A program made the position numbers and the translations under genes. From NCBI GenBank assembly GCA_008080735.1, contig SHMW01000089.1, positions 334 to 17,943 of the forward strand: DNA of 17,610 nt, read 5' to 3'. A model generated the notes under the pieces. It was not told the DNA's origin. It saw only the letters and a program-made list of their open reading frames with translations, and made no database searches. Shown here piece after piece: positions 16,835 to 17,610 of this stretch (the stretch's first letter is position 1; the number at the start of each line of letters is the position of its first letter). The stretch is from Promethearchaeota archaeon (lineage in GTDB: Archaea > Asgardarchaeota > Lokiarchaeia > Sigyniarchaeales > SOKP01).

Positions 16835-17398
16835 ATGAATTTTAAAAAATCAAAATCAAAAAAACGTATAAATCCATTTTGGAAAAGGCCCTTCATAAGA
16901 AAAAAAGTTAAATCGGAAAAAATTCAAGCAAAAATAGATGAACTTAAGAGAAAAATGAAGGAGAATGCTGATAATATCGGAAATGTTCTTCTTATTGGAA
17001 CCCCATCTGAACAGAAGAAAATTCTTAAAAAGTTAGGTTCACAACTTCATTTATCTATTTATCAAATAGATCTAGCTTATGTTATTAATAAATATAAAGA
17101 TGAGGCAGAAATCGCTCTGGAGAATCTCCTTTCTAAGGCGGAACATAAAGATTGGGTTTTATTTTTCGATGAGGCAGATTCATTATTTGGAGAGAGAACA
17201 GATGTATCTGATGCGCATGATAGATATGAGAATGTAGAAACTAATGCTTTAGTTCAGAGAATAGAAGAATTTGATGGGTTAGCGCTACTTGCATCTAATA
17301 AAAAAAAGAAACTCTCAGAAAAAGTGTTGAAAAAATTGAACATCAAAACAGTGATGGAAACTTCCGAGAAATCTAATGAGGATACTAACGAGAAATAA
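16835..17398 (+). CDS. Stand-alone degenerate AAA+ ATPase domain protein
   Basis: Walker B region VLFFDEADSLFGERTDVSDAHDRY...LVQRIEEFDGLALLASN and IYQIDLAYVINKY are recognisable. The Walker A position reads LLIGTPSEQKKI (no GKT/S). Confidence 0.75.
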   Translation: MNFKKSKSKKRINPFWKRPFIRKKVKSEKIQAKIDELKRKMKENADNIGNVLLIGTPSEQKKILKKLGSQLHLSIYQIDLAYVINKYKDEAEIALENLLSKAEHKDWVLFFDEADSLFGERTDVSDAHDRYENVETNALVQRIEEFDGLALLASNKKKKLSEKVLKKLNIKTVMETSEKSNEDTNEK

Positions 17399-17400
17399 GC

Positions 17401-17434
17401 CTTTTTAGAGTTAAACTATTTTTTTAGTTTTTTT
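17401..17434 (+). terminator. Oligo-T terminator tracts after the AAA gene
   Basis: CTTTTT...TTTTTTT...TTTTTTT directly after TAA 17396-17398. Confidence 0.45.
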
Positions 17435-17523
17435 AAAATAACTAAAATTTGGAGTATTATAATCATTTTAGGTTTAAATTAAATATATTATATTGAATAT
17501 AAAATAAAAAAGAAAAAAGAAAG

Positions 17524-17610
17524 TTAAAATGGTTTAAAATCTGAGATAAACGGCTCATACGGGGCGGCAAATATCGGCAAGAAAAAGCACCCCAAGTTAT
17601 ATTCGTTCAG
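17524..17610 (-). CDS. Probable 3' end of a gene entering from the right edge
   Basis: Minus frame open from 17610 to TAA at 17526-17524 (LNEYNLGCFFLPIFAAPYEPFISDFKPF*). GC is higher than in the intergenic region and a long T-tract follows on that strand. Confidence 0.5.
   Translation of the reverse strand: MNEYNLGCFFLPIFAAPYEPFISDFKPF

Noticed and set aside
1-17610. tRNA-Sec, rRNA, transposase/integrase or Sec machinery genes
   Set aside because: None recognisable in this window. Sec decoding would depend on genes elsewhere in the genome.

Overview
AT-rich archaeal-looking chromosomal window, most consistent with an Asgard archaeon (Lokiarchaeia/Promethearchaeota). That assignment is an inference from gene content, T-tract terminators, an N-glycosylated surface protein and eukaryote-like SECIS elements. 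Ordinary content: a partial secreted glycoprotein, ADP-forming acyl-CoA synthetase beta subunit, MBL-fold hydrolase, two tandem SERCA-like P2A ATPases, an aconitase, three small membrane proteins, an iron-sulfur flavoprotein, a radical SAM enzyme, a C2HC zinc-finger protein and a degenerate AAA+ domain. The main finding is at 9669-10700. The two short ORFs in the supplied track (9827..10051 and 10417..10623) are the C-terminal halves of two tandem paralogous HesB-like proteins, about 25-30% identical by manual alignment. Each is interrupted at the same aligned codon (41) by an in-frame TGA in an S-U-x4-C motif. Each is followed in its 3' UTR by a conserved hairpin (31/38 nt identical) with an A(U/C)GA...GA kink-turn core and a compensatory base change, i.e. 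a eukaryote/Loki-type SECIS. This is best read as a hidden tandem pair of selenoproteins, possibly an undescribed family. The first copy also lacks an in-frame start at the homologous position. An upstream ATG joins its frame only through a -1 shift at T_TTA_AAG, or through a one-base sequence error.
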